Part shown: positions 1 to 9,208 of the stretch, piece after piece | Layout: every line of letters starts with the position of its first letter | Position numbering within the stretch: position 1 is the first letter of the stretch | Assembly: GCA_963698685.1 (NCBI GenBank) | Contig: CAVORV010000013.1 | Location: 195,134 to 259,133 of the forward strand | Length of the DNA stretch: 64,000 nt | Source: an uncultured Alphaproteobacteria bacterium | GTDB taxonomy: Bacteria; Pseudomonadota; Alphaproteobacteria; Rhodobacterales; Rhodobacteraceae | Direction: 5' to 3' | The notes under the pieces: model-generated | Told to the model about the DNA's origin: nothing | The model's input: the letters and a program-made list of their open reading frames with translations, nothing else | Database searches by the model: none | Made by a program: the position numbers and the translations under genes

Positions 1-1065
1 TTCAGGCGGTTCGTCGAAGACATCGCGGCGGAAGTCGGGCTGGAGCCCGCGAAGATCGTCCTGGGCGGCGACCATCTGGGCCCGAACCCGTGGAAGCACC
101 TGCCCGCCGACGAGGCGATGGACAAGGCCGAGGCGATGATCGCGGCCTACGCGCGGGCGGGCTTCACCAAGCTGCATCTCGACACGTCGATGGGCTGCGC
201 GGGCGAGCCGGTCGCGCTGTCGGACGCGCTCACGGCCGGGCGCGCCGCGCGGCTGGCGCGGTCGGCCGAGGCGAACGCGGGCGATGTGGGGCCGGTCTAT
301 GTCATCGGCACCGAAGTGCCGGTCCCCGGCGGGGCGACGCACGCGCTGGACGGGCTTGAGCTGACGAGGCCCGAGGCGGTGGCGAGGACCCATGATGTCC
401 ACGCGGAGGCGTTCAGGGCGCTCGGCCTCGGGGACGCGTTTTCGCGCGTCATCGGCCTGGTGGTCCAGCCCGGCGTCGAGTTCGGCCATTCGGACGTCAT
501 CCATTTCGACGCGGAGAAGGCGCGGGCCCTGTCGGCCAGCCTGTCGTCGCTGCCGGGGATCGTGTTCGAGGCGCATTCGACCGATTACCAGACGGAGGAG
601 GGTCTTCGCGCCCTCGTCGCCAACGGCTTCGCGATCCTGAAAGTCGGGCCGTGGCTGACCTTCGCCCTTCGCGAGGCGCTCTACGGCCTCGACGGGATCG
701 CGGACGTGATGGACGGCCATGCGCCGCGCGGCGGACTGATGGCGACGATGGAGCGGATCATGCGCTCGTCGCCGGATCATTGGCGGAAGTACTATTCGGG
801 AGACGAGACCGCGCTTTGGCTGCAGCGGCATTTCAGCCTGTCGGACCGGATCCGGTACTATTGGCCCGACCCGGCGGCGCGCGGGGCCGTCGAACGGCTT
901 CTCGGTCGTCTGGAGGGCAGACGCATCGCCGCTCCCGTCGTCAGCCAGTTCCTGCCCGCTTCCGGTCTCGGGTCGGGAGACGCCGAGTGCCGCGCGCTTC
1001 TTGTCGGGTCCGTCATGCGCGTCCTCGAAGTCTACGAGCGCGCGACGGTCGACAGGACGCGGTAA
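1..1065 (+). CDS. GatZ/KbaZ-family protein (tagatose-6-phosphate 4-epimerase / tagatose-bisphosphate aldolase partner), 5' end outside window
   Basis: Frame open from base 1 (IVLGGDHLGPNPW); family motifs KLHLDTSMGC, YVIGTEVPVPGG, VVQPGVEF, FEAHSTDYQ, ILKVGPWLTFALRE, SLSDRIRYYWP. Confidence 0.9.
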   Translation, partial: FRRFVEDIAAEVGLEPAKIVLGGDHLGPNPWKHLPADEAMDKAEAMIAAYARAGFTKLHLDTSMGCAGEPVALSDALTAGRAARLARSAEANAGDVGPVYVIGTEVPVPGGATHALDGLELTRPEAVARTHDVHAEAFRALGLGDAFSRVIGLVVQPGVEFGHSDVIHFDAEKARALSASLSSLPGIVFEAHSTDYQTEEGLRALVANGFAILKVGPWLTFALREALYGLDGIADVMDGHAPRGGLMATMERIMRSSPDHWRKYYSGDETALWLQRHFSLSDRIRYYWPDPAARGAVERLLGRLEGRRIAAPVVSQFLPASGLGSGDAECRALLVGSVMRVLEVYERATVDRTR

Positions 1066-1147
1066 GCCACCGGCCTTGCGGATCCGGCCCGGGTGTGGAT
1101 AGCTCGGGCGATGCGAACGCCGCCGCGACGGCGCGCGGCGCGGACAC

Positions 1148-2545
1148 ATGACGTCGACCCGGTCATCGGAAGGTATACCTTGTCCATCACGCGAAACCCC
1201 GCGCGCCACGACACGGCCGCTGCGCGATCCGACGTTCCGCAAGCTTTTCGCGGCGCAGATCCTGTCGCTGAGCGGGATCGGCCTCCTGACCATCGGCCTC
1301 GCGCTGGTCGCCTACGAGATCGGCGGACCGGCCGCCGGGGGCCGGGTGCTGGGGCTGCTGCTGGCGCTCAAGATGGTCGCCTATGTCGGCTTCGCGCCGT
1401 TCGTCGAGACGCTGCTCGCGCGGTTTCCGCGCAAAGGCGCGATGGTGGGTCTCGATATCGGGCGCATGCTTCTGCTCGTGCCGATGGCCTTCGCCGGGGC
1501 GCCCTGGCAGATCGCGGCGCTCGCCTTCGCGTTTTTCGTCCTGTCGGCGGGGTTCACGCCGCTTTTCCAGTCGGTGATCCCGGACGTGCTGCCCGAAGAG
1601 GACGGCTATACCCGCGCGCTCGCGCTCTCGCGTCTGGCCTACACGCTGGAATCGGTGCTGAGCCCGGTCGCCGCGGCGGCCCTGCTCAAGGTGCTGCCGG
1701 GCGAGGCGCTGTTCGTCGTGGCCTCGGTCGCGTTCGCGGGCTCGGTGCTCGCGCTGCTCGCGACGCGGCTGCCGGCGCGGGGGGCGGATCAGCGTAAAGG
1801 GCCGTTCCTGCGCCGCGCGGCCCGGGGCATCTGGATATACGGCCGGACGCCGCGTCTGCGCGGGCTGTTTCTCCTCAACGTGGCGCTGTCGCTCGCGATG
1901 GCTTGGATCCTGGTGAACTCGGTGGTTTTCGCCGGCGCGCGGCTGGGCGACGCGGAATACTATTATCCCGTCCTGATGGCGGCCCACGGCGTCGGCGCGG
2001 GTCTCGGCGCCGTCATGGTGCCGCGCCTCGTGCGCCGGGCCGGCGAGCGCCGGACGATGCTGGCGGGGGCGGTCGGCTTCGCGGGGATCGGGCTCGGGTT
2101 CTCGCTGCTGCCCGTCCCGTCTCCGGCGGGCGCGGCGCTGGTCTGGTGCGCGTTCGGGATCGCGGCGTCGCTGGTTCTGACGCCCGGCGGTCTGGTCATC
2201 GCGCGGTCCGCCGCGCCCCCGGACCGCGCGGCGGTCTTCGCGGCCCAGTTCTCGCTCTCCCACGCCGGATGGCTGGTGGCCTATCCGCTCGCCGGATGGC
2301 TGGGCGGCGCGCTGTCGCTGGAGGCGGCGCTTCTGGTGCTGTCGCTGCTCTGCGCCGCGATGGCGGGCCTGGCGGCGAGGGTCTGGCCCGCCGAGGATCC
2401 GCTGGAGCGCGCCCACGCGCATCCCGAACTGCCCGCGGCGCATCCACATCTGCGCGATGTGCCCGCCGAGGGGGCAGACGGCCGCCATATCCATGCCTAC
2501 CGGATCGACGATCTGCATCCGGATTGGACGACCCGGCCCGCTTGA
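1148..2545 (+). CDS. MFS transporter, NreB/NrsD-like (putative Ni/Co efflux) with His-rich C-terminal tail
   Basis: About 12 hydrophobic segments; AAQFSLSHAGWLVAYPLAGWLG; tail HAHPELPAAHPH...HIHAYRIDDLHPDW typical of NreB-type exporters. Confidence 0.75.
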   Translation: MTSTRSSEGIPCPSRETPRATTRPLRDPTFRKLFAAQILSLSGIGLLTIGLALVAYEIGGPAAGGRVLGLLLALKMVAYVGFAPFVETLLARFPRKGAMVGLDIGRMLLLVPMAFAGAPWQIAALAFAFFVLSAGFTPLFQSVIPDVLPEEDGYTRALALSRLAYTLESVLSPVAAAALLKVLPGEALFVVASVAFAGSVLALLATRLPARGADQRKGPFLRRAARGIWIYGRTPRLRGLFLLNVALSLAMAWILVNSVVFAGARLGDAEYYYPVLMAAHGVGAGLGAVMVPRLVRRAGERRTMLAGAVGFAGIGLGFSLLPVPSPAGAALVWCAFGIAASLVLTPGGLVIARSAAPPDRAAVFAAQFSLSHAGWLVAYPLAGWLGGALSLEAALLVLSLLCAAMAGLAARVWPAEDPLERAHAHPELPAAHPHLRDVPAEGADGRHIHAYRIDDLHPDWTTRPA

Positions 2546-2582
2546 TGGTAGATGCGGACAAGCTGACCCGCGAAAGGACCGC

Positions 2583-4049
2583 ATGACTCCGAGCGACGAT
2601 CACCGACTGGACGGCCGTGGATTGCCGGCGCTGGAGGCGCGCCTTCGGGAGGATCTCATTTTCCTCTGCCATCCCGGCAAGGACTGGGTTCCGCCGCGCG
2701 AGGGCGCGAGCGACGTCGTCATCATCGGCGGCGGCATGTGCGGGATGGTGGCATGGCTCGGGCTGCGGACCGGGGGCCTGCGCCGGGTGCGCGTGCTCGA
2801 CCGGAGCGCGCCCGGCCGGGAGGGACCGTGGGTCACCTATGCGCGGATGGAGACGTTGCGCTCGCCCAAGACGCTGACCGGGCCGGCTTTCGGCCACGGC
2901 GCGCTGACCTTCCAGGCGTGGTACCGGGCGCAGTTCGGCGTGGCGTCCTGGAACGCGCTCGACAAGATACCGCGGCCGATGTGGATGGATTACCTGCGCT
3001 GGTATCGTGAGGTTCTGAAAATCCCGGTCGAGAACGGCGTCTCGGTCGACAGGGTGGAGCCCGAGGGCGATCTGCTGCGGCTGACCGTGTCGGGTGCCGA
3101 AAGCGGGACGATCCTGACCCGCAAGCTGATCTTCGCCACGGGCCGCGACGGCACCGGCGGGCCGAACATCCCCGGCTTCGTGCGCGACCTGCCGCGCCGG
3201 TTCTGGGCGCACAGCGCCGACGCCATCGACTTCGCGCGCCTCAAGGGCAAGCGCGTCGCCGTGATCGGTGTCGGCGCGTCCGCCGTGGACAACGCCGCCG
3301 AGGCGCTCGAGCACGGCGCGGCCGAGGTGCGCCACCTGATCCGCCGCGAGAAGATGCCGCGCATCAACAAGATGATGGGGATCGGCAGCTACGGCTTCAC
3401 CGCCGGTTTCGCCGAATTGCCGGACGAATGGCGCTGGCGGTTCATGCAATATTCGCTCTCGACGCAGACACCGCCACCGCACGGCTCGACCCTGCGGGTC
3501 AGTCGGCATCCCAACGCGTATTTCCATTTCGGCAAGGCGACGACGCGGATCGACCGGGTCGGCGACGCGGTCGATATCGGCTTCGCGGACGGCACGTCCT
3601 GGGAGGCGGATTTCGTGATCCTCGGCACCGGCTTCAACATCGATCCGATGGCGCGGACGGAATTCGGCGAGACGGCCGGCGAGATCCTGCTCTGGAAGGA
3701 CGTCTACACGCCGCCGCCGGGCGAGGAATCCAAGGATCTCGGCAACTTCCCCTATCTGTCGCCGGATTTCACCTTCCGCGAGAAGACGCCCGGCACGGCG
3801 CCGTGGCTGCGGCACGTCTACTGCTTCAATTACGGCGCGTCGGCGAGCCTCGGCAAGGTCAGCGGCGACATCCCCGGCGTCTCGGACGGCGCGGCGTGGC
3901 TCACGCGGTCGCTGGCGGCGTCGCTCTACCGCGAGGACGTGGAGATCCACTGGCGTGACATGCTCGACTATGACCATCCTGAGCTGACGGGCGAGGAATG
4001 GCGACCATCGGATCTCGAAGCTCCGGTGCGGTCGGGGAAAGTCGCATGA
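2583..4049 (+). CDS. FAD/NAD(P)-dependent flavoprotein monooxygenase, HpyO (urate hydroxylase)-like
   Basis: GLPALEARLREDL N-terminus; two Rossmann motifs (IIGGGMCG, VIGVGASA); YARMETLRSPK; FATG; LGTGF; SGDIPGVS; GAAAGGA upstream of ATG 2583. Confidence 0.8.
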   Translation: MTPSDDHRLDGRGLPALEARLREDLIFLCHPGKDWVPPREGASDVVIIGGGMCGMVAWLGLRTGGLRRVRVLDRSAPGREGPWVTYARMETLRSPKTLTGPAFGHGALTFQAWYRAQFGVASWNALDKIPRPMWMDYLRWYREVLKIPVENGVSVDRVEPEGDLLRLTVSGAESGTILTRKLIFATGRDGTGGPNIPGFVRDLPRRFWAHSADAIDFARLKGKRVAVIGVGASAVDNAAEALEHGAAEVRHLIRREKMPRINKMMGIGSYGFTAGFAELPDEWRWRFMQYSLSTQTPPPHGSTLRVSRHPNAYFHFGKATTRIDRVGDAVDIGFADGTSWEADFVILGTGFNIDPMARTEFGETAGEILLWKDVYTPPPGEESKDLGNFPYLSPDFTFREKTPGTAPWLRHVYCFNYGASASLGKVSGDIPGVSDGAAWLTRSLAASLYREDVEIHWRDMLDYDHPELTGEEWRPSDLEAPVRSGKVA

Positions 4050-4519
4050 GCCCGTTCGACACCACGGCGCCGGATGTCGCGGGCGTGCGTTCCGGCACCG
4101 GGACCGGCGCGGCGGTGGAGCTGCGCGGCAACATCTTCGAGATGACCCAGGCCGCCGAGAACGCCGTTCTGCGACCGGTCGAACCGGGCGTGTTCCCCCA
4201 CGATCTGCGCGCCGCCCTCGCGGCACGGATCGCGCGGCTGTCGGGCGACGAGGCGCTGGCGGAGCGTCACCTCGCGGGAGCCGGAGAGACGGCCGCGATC
4301 GCGGATCCCTCCACGAGCGACGGCGGCTCGGCCCCGCCGCTCGGCTTCGTGGACAAGGTCGCGAACGACACCCGCGACATCACGGCGGAGGACATCGCGG
4401 CGCTGCGGTCCGGCGGCATGTCGGACGCCGACATCGTGCGTCTGTGCGAGTTGATCGCCTTCATGGCCTACCAGATCCGGGTCGTCGCCGGGCTTCGCCT
4501 GATGGAGGCCGACGCATGA
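4046..4519 (+). CDS. CMD/AhpD-fold protein without CxxC (Avi_7170-like)
   Basis: DIAALRSGGMSDADIVRLCELIAFMAYQIRVVAGL; ATGA overlap with upstream stop. Confidence 0.75.
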   Translation: MSPFDTTAPDVAGVRSGTGTGAAVELRGNIFEMTQAAENAVLRPVEPGVFPHDLRAALAARIARLSGDEALAERHLAGAGETAAIADPSTSDGGSAPPLGFVDKVANDTRDITAEDIAALRSGGMSDADIVRLCELIAFMAYQIRVVAGLRLMEADA

Positions 4520-5103
4520 GCCGCGTGGTCCACAGGTTCACCCGCACCGTGCCGGAATGGCGGCCGCGCGTCGTGCCGGTGCGGCTGGAGGACGCGACGG
4601 AGGCGCAGCTCGACGCGCTCAAGGTGACGCCGTCGAACACCAGGGTCTCCGACTACGTGCTGACGCTCGCCCATGACGTCGAGAGCCTCAAGGTCCGCTC
4701 GCCGCTCTTCAACGCGATCCTCTACGATCCGGGCGGCATGTCGCGCGCCGAGCGCGAGCTGGGCGCGATCGCGGCCTCGATGGTCAACCGATGCGTCTAT
4801 TGCGCGGCCGTCCATGCGGACCGCCATGCGAAGCTGGAAAAGGACGGGACCGTCACCGACGCGCTCTTCGCCAAGGGCGCCGACGCGGATCTCGGCCCGC
4901 GCGACCGGGCGATCTTCGACTTCGCCCGCAAGCTGTCGGAGGCGCCTCCGAGCGCGGGACCCGAGGACATGGCGGCCTTGCGGGACGCGGGGCTCACCGA
5001 CGCGGAGATCCTCGATCTCATCCTGTCCAGCGCGCTTTTCGGTTGGGCCAACCGGCTGATGCACGTGCTGGGCGACCCCGTCCGCGCCGAGGTCGAGGCG
5101 TGA
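4516..5103 (+). CDS. Alkylhydroperoxidase AhpD-like / peroxidase-related protein (Avi_7169-like)
   Basis: RAERELGA...SMVNRCVYCAAVH (CxxC..H); LRDAGLTDAEILDLI..FGWANRLM; ATGA overlap. Confidence 0.8.
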   Translation: MSRVVHRFTRTVPEWRPRVVPVRLEDATEAQLDALKVTPSNTRVSDYVLTLAHDVESLKVRSPLFNAILYDPGGMSRAERELGAIAASMVNRCVYCAAVHADRHAKLEKDGTVTDALFAKGADADLGPRDRAIFDFARKLSEAPPSAGPEDMAALRDAGLTDAEILDLILSSALFGWANRLMHVLGDPVRAEVEA

Positions 5104-6206
5104 GCTCTCAGGTGAAAGTCGGCATCGCCGGGGCGGGCTCGATCGCGTTCGGCACGGCGGCGCTGCTTCACGCGAACGGCCATGATCCGATGCTCTGGTC
5201 GCCATCCGGCAAGGGTGTCGAGGCACTCAAAGATACGCCGCTGACGGCCACGGGCGCCGTCGAGGCGAGTTTTTCGCCCCGCCTCGCCACCGATGCCGAG
5301 ATGCTGGCGCGGGACAACGACGTCCTGCTGCTCGCGCTTCCGGGCTACGGGCACAAGGCGGTGATGGACGCGCTCGCGCCGCATGTCCGCGAGGGGCAGC
5401 CGATCATCGTCTCGTCCCACGCCTCGCTCGGGGCGCTCTATCTGATGGGGTTGCTGCGCGAGCGCGGCGTCGCCGCGCCGATCACGGCCTGGGGCACCAC
5501 GATCGTCACGGGGCGTCGGCAGGACGGCGCGCATGTGAAAGTCAACACGCTGCGAAAGCGGGTCGACATGTGCGCGGTGCCGGAAAGCGCGTCGGACGCG
5601 GCGCTGGCGCTCTGCGTCAAGCTGTTCGGCGACCGGTTCCAGATGCGTGACGGATTGCTGGCGATCACGCTCTCCAACCTCAACCCGCAGAACCATCTCG
5701 GGATCGCGCTCGGAAACATCACCCGGATGGAGCGCGGCGAGACATGGAGCCAGGGCCAGAACGTGACGCCGAAGGTAGGTCGGCTTCTGGAGGAACTGGA
5801 CAGGGAGCGCCTCTCCATCGCCGAGGCCCTCGGCCTCGAGGTAAAGACCATCTTCGAGCACTTCCACCTGAGCTTCCACGTCCCCGTCGCGTCGATTTCC
5901 GAGATGAATCAGCGGATGCACGCCCTAGGCAACGGCGGCGTCGGCCCGGCCACGGCCGACACCCGCTACGTCACCGAGGACGCGCCCTACGGGCTGCAGC
6001 CCGTCGCGATGCTCGGACGTCTGACCGGGCGGCCCGCGATCCTTCACGAGGCCGGGATCGCGATCCTGTCAGCGATGTACGGTCGCGACTTCGCGGCGGA
6101 GAATGATATACTCGACGCGCTGGAGCTTGAGCGCTTCGACCTCGACGATCTGCGGGAGGCCGCGAAGACCGGCCTGCTGCGCAAGACGGCGGAACCGGCA
6201 TCCTGA
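5100..6206 (+). CDS. NAD/NADP octopine/nopaline (opine) dehydrogenase family protein
   Basis: VGIAGAGSIA Rossmann motif; LSNLNPQNH; LDRERLSIAEALG; TRYVTEDAPYGL; GTG start overlapping upstream TGA. Confidence 0.8.
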   Translation: MSSQVKVGIAGAGSIAFGTAALLHANGHDPMLWSPSGKGVEALKDTPLTATGAVEASFSPRLATDAEMLARDNDVLLLALPGYGHKAVMDALAPHVREGQPIIVSSHASLGALYLMGLLRERGVAAPITAWGTTIVTGRRQDGAHVKVNTLRKRVDMCAVPESASDAALALCVKLFGDRFQMRDGLLAITLSNLNPQNHLGIALGNITRMERGETWSQGQNVTPKVGRLLEELDRERLSIAEALGLEVKTIFEHFHLSFHVPVASISEMNQRMHALGNGGVGPATADTRYVTEDAPYGLQPVAMLGRLTGRPAILHEAGIAILSAMYGRDFAAENDILDALELERFDLDDLREAAKTGLLRKTAEPAS

Positions 6207-6258
6207 GAAAAACCGAACCGGCAGCCGAACCACCCAACCCGACATGGAGAAACCGATC

Positions 6259-7368
6259 ATGACCCGATTCCCCCTGAACCGCCGCCGCTTCCTCGGCGCC
6301 GCCGCCATGACCGGCGCGGCCCTCGCCAGCCCCGCCTACCTGCGCCGCTCGATGGCCCAGGGAAGCGGCGAGGTGAACATCTGGACCTACAACGATTTCG
6401 TGCCCGAGAGCTTCAAGGAGCAGTTCGAGGCCGAGACCGGCATCAAGGTCAACGTCCGCCTCGTCGACGACCAGGGCAAGCAGTTCAACCTTCTGGCCGC
6501 CGAGGCGCCGAACCCGACCGTCGACATCATGACGGTCGCCGGCCACCGCTTCCTCCAGTTCATCGACAGCGACCTGCTCGCGCCGCTGGACACCGGCCGG
6601 CTCAGCAACTGGGGCAACATCAACCCGACCTTCTCGGAAAGCGACTGGTCGACGATCAACGGCGAGAAATGGGGCGCGCCGATCCTGTCGGGGATGGAGG
6701 TGCTGTCCTACAACACCGACGTCGTGAGCCCGGAGGAGGCGCTGACCTGGGACACGCTGTTCTCGGAGAAATACGCCCAGCAGAACGCCTACATCATCCA
6801 GGACATGATGAGCATCATCATGCTCAAGATGGGCTATGACGGCAACATGGTCGCCTACATGGACGACCCCGAAAAGGCCGCGGCCATCGTCGAGGAGGCC
6901 AAGCAGTTCCTGATCGCGAACAAGCCGCTCGTGCGCAAATACTACGACAGCGGCGCCGAGGTGCAGCAGATGTTCGTCAACCAGGACATCGTGCTGGCGC
7001 ACAGCTGGAACGGTCCCGCCGCCGCGCTCATCACCGACGGGTTCCCGCTCGCCATGGCGATCCCGGACGAGGGATCCTACGGCTTCGTCTACACCTACAA
7101 CGTCGCGAACAACGCGCCCAACGTCGACAACGCCTACACCTTCCTGAACGCGATCCTCGCCTCGCCCGAGATCGGCGCGGCGATGACCAAGGCGTCGGGC
7201 TTCATATCGACCTACAAGGACGCGTCGAACTATCTGACCGATCTGGAGAAGGCGTCGACCGCGTTCCCCGAGGAGCAGCTCGCCAATCTCCAGTTCTTCC
7301 GGGCCGAGGCCAACGAGATGAAATACGGCCTCGTCGATCCCGCCGTCGAGGCGATCAAGGCCGCCTGA
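6259..7368 (+). CDS. PotD/PotF-like ABC substrate-binding protein with Tat signal
   Basis: NRRRFL twin-arginine signal; NIWTYNDFVP..FEAETGIKV; AHSWNG; IPDEGS; GGAGA RBS. Confidence 0.85.
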   Translation: MTRFPLNRRRFLGAAAMTGAALASPAYLRRSMAQGSGEVNIWTYNDFVPESFKEQFEAETGIKVNVRLVDDQGKQFNLLAAEAPNPTVDIMTVAGHRFLQFIDSDLLAPLDTGRLSNWGNINPTFSESDWSTINGEKWGAPILSGMEVLSYNTDVVSPEEALTWDTLFSEKYAQQNAYIIQDMMSIIMLKMGYDGNMVAYMDDPEKAAAIVEEAKQFLIANKPLVRKYYDSGAEVQQMFVNQDIVLAHSWNGPAAALITDGFPLAMAIPDEGSYGFVYTYNVANNAPNVDNAYTFLNAILASPEIGAAMTKASGFISTYKDASNYLTDLEKASTAFPEEQLANLQFFRAEANEMKYGLVDPAVEAIKAA

Positions 7369-7382
7369 CGCGGGCGTCCGAA

Positions 7383-7415
7383 CCGGCCCCGCCCCCTCGT
7401 GGGCGGGCGGGGCCG
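7383..7415 (+). terminator. GC-rich hairpin after the binding-protein gene (mRNA stabiliser or attenuator)
   Basis: cggccccgccc ... gggcggggccg inverted repeat, no U-tract. Confidence 0.45.
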
Positions 7416-7442
7416 AACCCAAGGATACCGGAGGGACAATTC

Positions 7443-8420
7443 ATGGTCGATCAGACCGCGAGAGGCGCGCCCCCCGCGGACGTCCGCGAGGACCGCACGT
7501 TCTGGGGGCGGCTCGCGGGCTGGGGTCCCTATCGCGGCTTCGTGCGGCTGGCGACCGCCTCGCCGCGCCGGCAGTTCCTGATCCTCGCGGCGTTCCCGGT
7601 GCTCTGGGTTCTGACGCAGCATCTCGGCCCGATGCTCCAGATGCTCCGGGTCAGCCTGACCGACGCCTACCCGGTCGCGCCCGGGGTGGAGCAGAGCTTC
7701 ACGTTCGACAATTATCTGCGGTTTTTCGGTGACCCGATCTTCTGGCAGCCGTTCTTCCGCACGCTGGGTTTCGCCGCGACGTTCACGTTCTGCACGCTGA
7801 TCCTGACCTATCCGGTGGCCTATTACCTCGCGCGCCATGTCAGCCGGAAAAACCGGATGCTGCTGCTCCTGCTCCTGCTGATCCCGTTCTGGGTCGGCGA
7901 GATCGTGCGGACCTACGCGATCATGATCCTGCTCGGGAATACCGGTGCGGTGAACCTCGTTCTGCAATGGTTCGGGCTGATCGAGCGGCCGATCCCGTTC
8001 ATGTACACGAGCTTCTCCATGGGGGTCGGGATCGTCTACCTGACCGCGCTCTACATGCTGCTGCCGCTCTATTCCGCGCTGGAGAAACTCCCGCGCAGCC
8101 TGGGCGACGCCGCCGCCGATCTGGGCGCGGGCGCCTGGACGCGCTTCCGCCGGATCACCCTGCCCCTGACCATCGAGGGGATATCCTCGGGCTGCACGCT
8201 GGTCTTTCTCATCTCGACGGGATTCTACGCGACGCCGGTTCTGCTCGGCGGGCCGTCGACCACCGTGTTCTCGCAGACCATCGCGGGCTTCTTTCACGTG
8301 GCGGGCGACGAATGGCCGACCGGGGCCGCCTTCGCGACGATCATGTTCCTCGCCGCGCTGCTTCTGACCGGGGCGTTCCAGGCGCTGATGAAGTCCCTGC
8401 GCCGGGGGGACGTGCGATGA
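7443..8420 (+). CDS. ABC permease, PotB-like
   Basis: LLIPFWVGEIVRTYA; EAA-like loop DAAADLGAGAWTRFRRITLPL; TPVLLGG; WPTGAA. Confidence 0.9.
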   Translation: MVDQTARGAPPADVREDRTFWGRLAGWGPYRGFVRLATASPRRQFLILAAFPVLWVLTQHLGPMLQMLRVSLTDAYPVAPGVEQSFTFDNYLRFFGDPIFWQPFFRTLGFAATFTFCTLILTYPVAYYLARHVSRKNRMLLLLLLLIPFWVGEIVRTYAIMILLGNTGAVNLVLQWFGLIERPIPFMYTSFSMGVGIVYLTALYMLLPLYSALEKLPRSLGDAAADLGAGAWTRFRRITLPLTIEGISSGCTLVFLISTGFYATPVLLGGPSTTVFSQTIAGFFHVAGDEWPTGAAFATIMFLAALLLTGAFQALMKSLRRGDVR

Positions 8421-9208
8421 ACCGGGGCAACCGCGTTCTTCTCGCCTGCGTCTACTGGGCCTTCGTGCTCTACGTCTTCGTGCCGCTCCTGCTGATGGTG
8501 CTGATGGGCTTCAAGGACGGCCGGTTCATCGGCTTCCCGATCCGGTCCTGGACGCTGGACTGGTACACGGGCGTCTTCGCCGACGCGGAGGTGCTCTCGA
8601 CCTTCGGCTATTCCGTCGCCATCGCGATCCTTTCGACGCTCATCTCCGTGGTGGTGGGCGTCTGGATCGCGGTGCTGCTGGAAGGTCGGAAGTTCTGGGG
8701 ACGGGCGGCGATGTTCGGCCTGACCCTCCTGCCGGCGCTGATCCCCGGCATCATATCCGCCATCGCGTTCCGCATCTACGCGCGGCTGCTCGGGATCGAG
8801 CCCGGGATGGGCGCCATCGTCTGGGCGCACGCGGTCCACAACGTGCCCTTCGTGGCCCTCGTGGTCATGGCGCGGCTCTCGACCTTGCCCCGCAGCCAGC
8901 TCGAGGCCGCGCGCGACCTCGGGGCGGACCCGATCATCGCCTTCCTCCGCATCACCCTGCCCTATCTCGCGCCCGCGATCCTCGGGGCCTCGATCTTCTG
9001 TCTTCTGCTCAGCTTCGACGATTTCGTCCGGTCGTTCTTCCTCGGCGGCTACGAGCCGACGCTGCCGGTGCTGATCTTCGCGATGCTGCGCTCGGGCATG
9101 TCGCCGGAGATCAACGCCATCGCCACCGTGGCGCTCGTCCTGACCGCCGCGATCGGCATCTGGGCCGAGCGGTATACCCGCCGAACCGACAGGACGCCCG
9201 ACCCATGA
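8417..9208 (+). CDS. ABC permease, PotC-like
   Basis: WTLDWY; EAARDLGA; SFDDF; TLPVLIF; SPEINAIAT; ATGA overlap. Confidence 0.9.
   Translation: MNRGNRVLLACVYWAFVLYVFVPLLLMVLMGFKDGRFIGFPIRSWTLDWYTGVFADAEVLSTFGYSVAIAILSTLISVVVGVWIAVLLEGRKFWGRAAMFGLTLLPALIPGIISAIAFRIYARLLGIEPGMGAIVWAHAVHNVPFVALVVMARLSTLPRSQLEAARDLGADPIIAFLRITLPYLAPAILGASIFCLLLSFDDFVRSFFLGGYEPTLPVLIFAMLRSGMSPEINAIATVALVLTAAIGIWAERYTRRTDRTPDP

Noticed and set aside
1148-6206. Staphylopine/pseudopaline-type metallophore cluster
   Set aside because: No nicotianamine-synthase-like (CntL) gene, and the importer is Pot-type rather than Nik/Cnt-type; kept only as a weak alternative.
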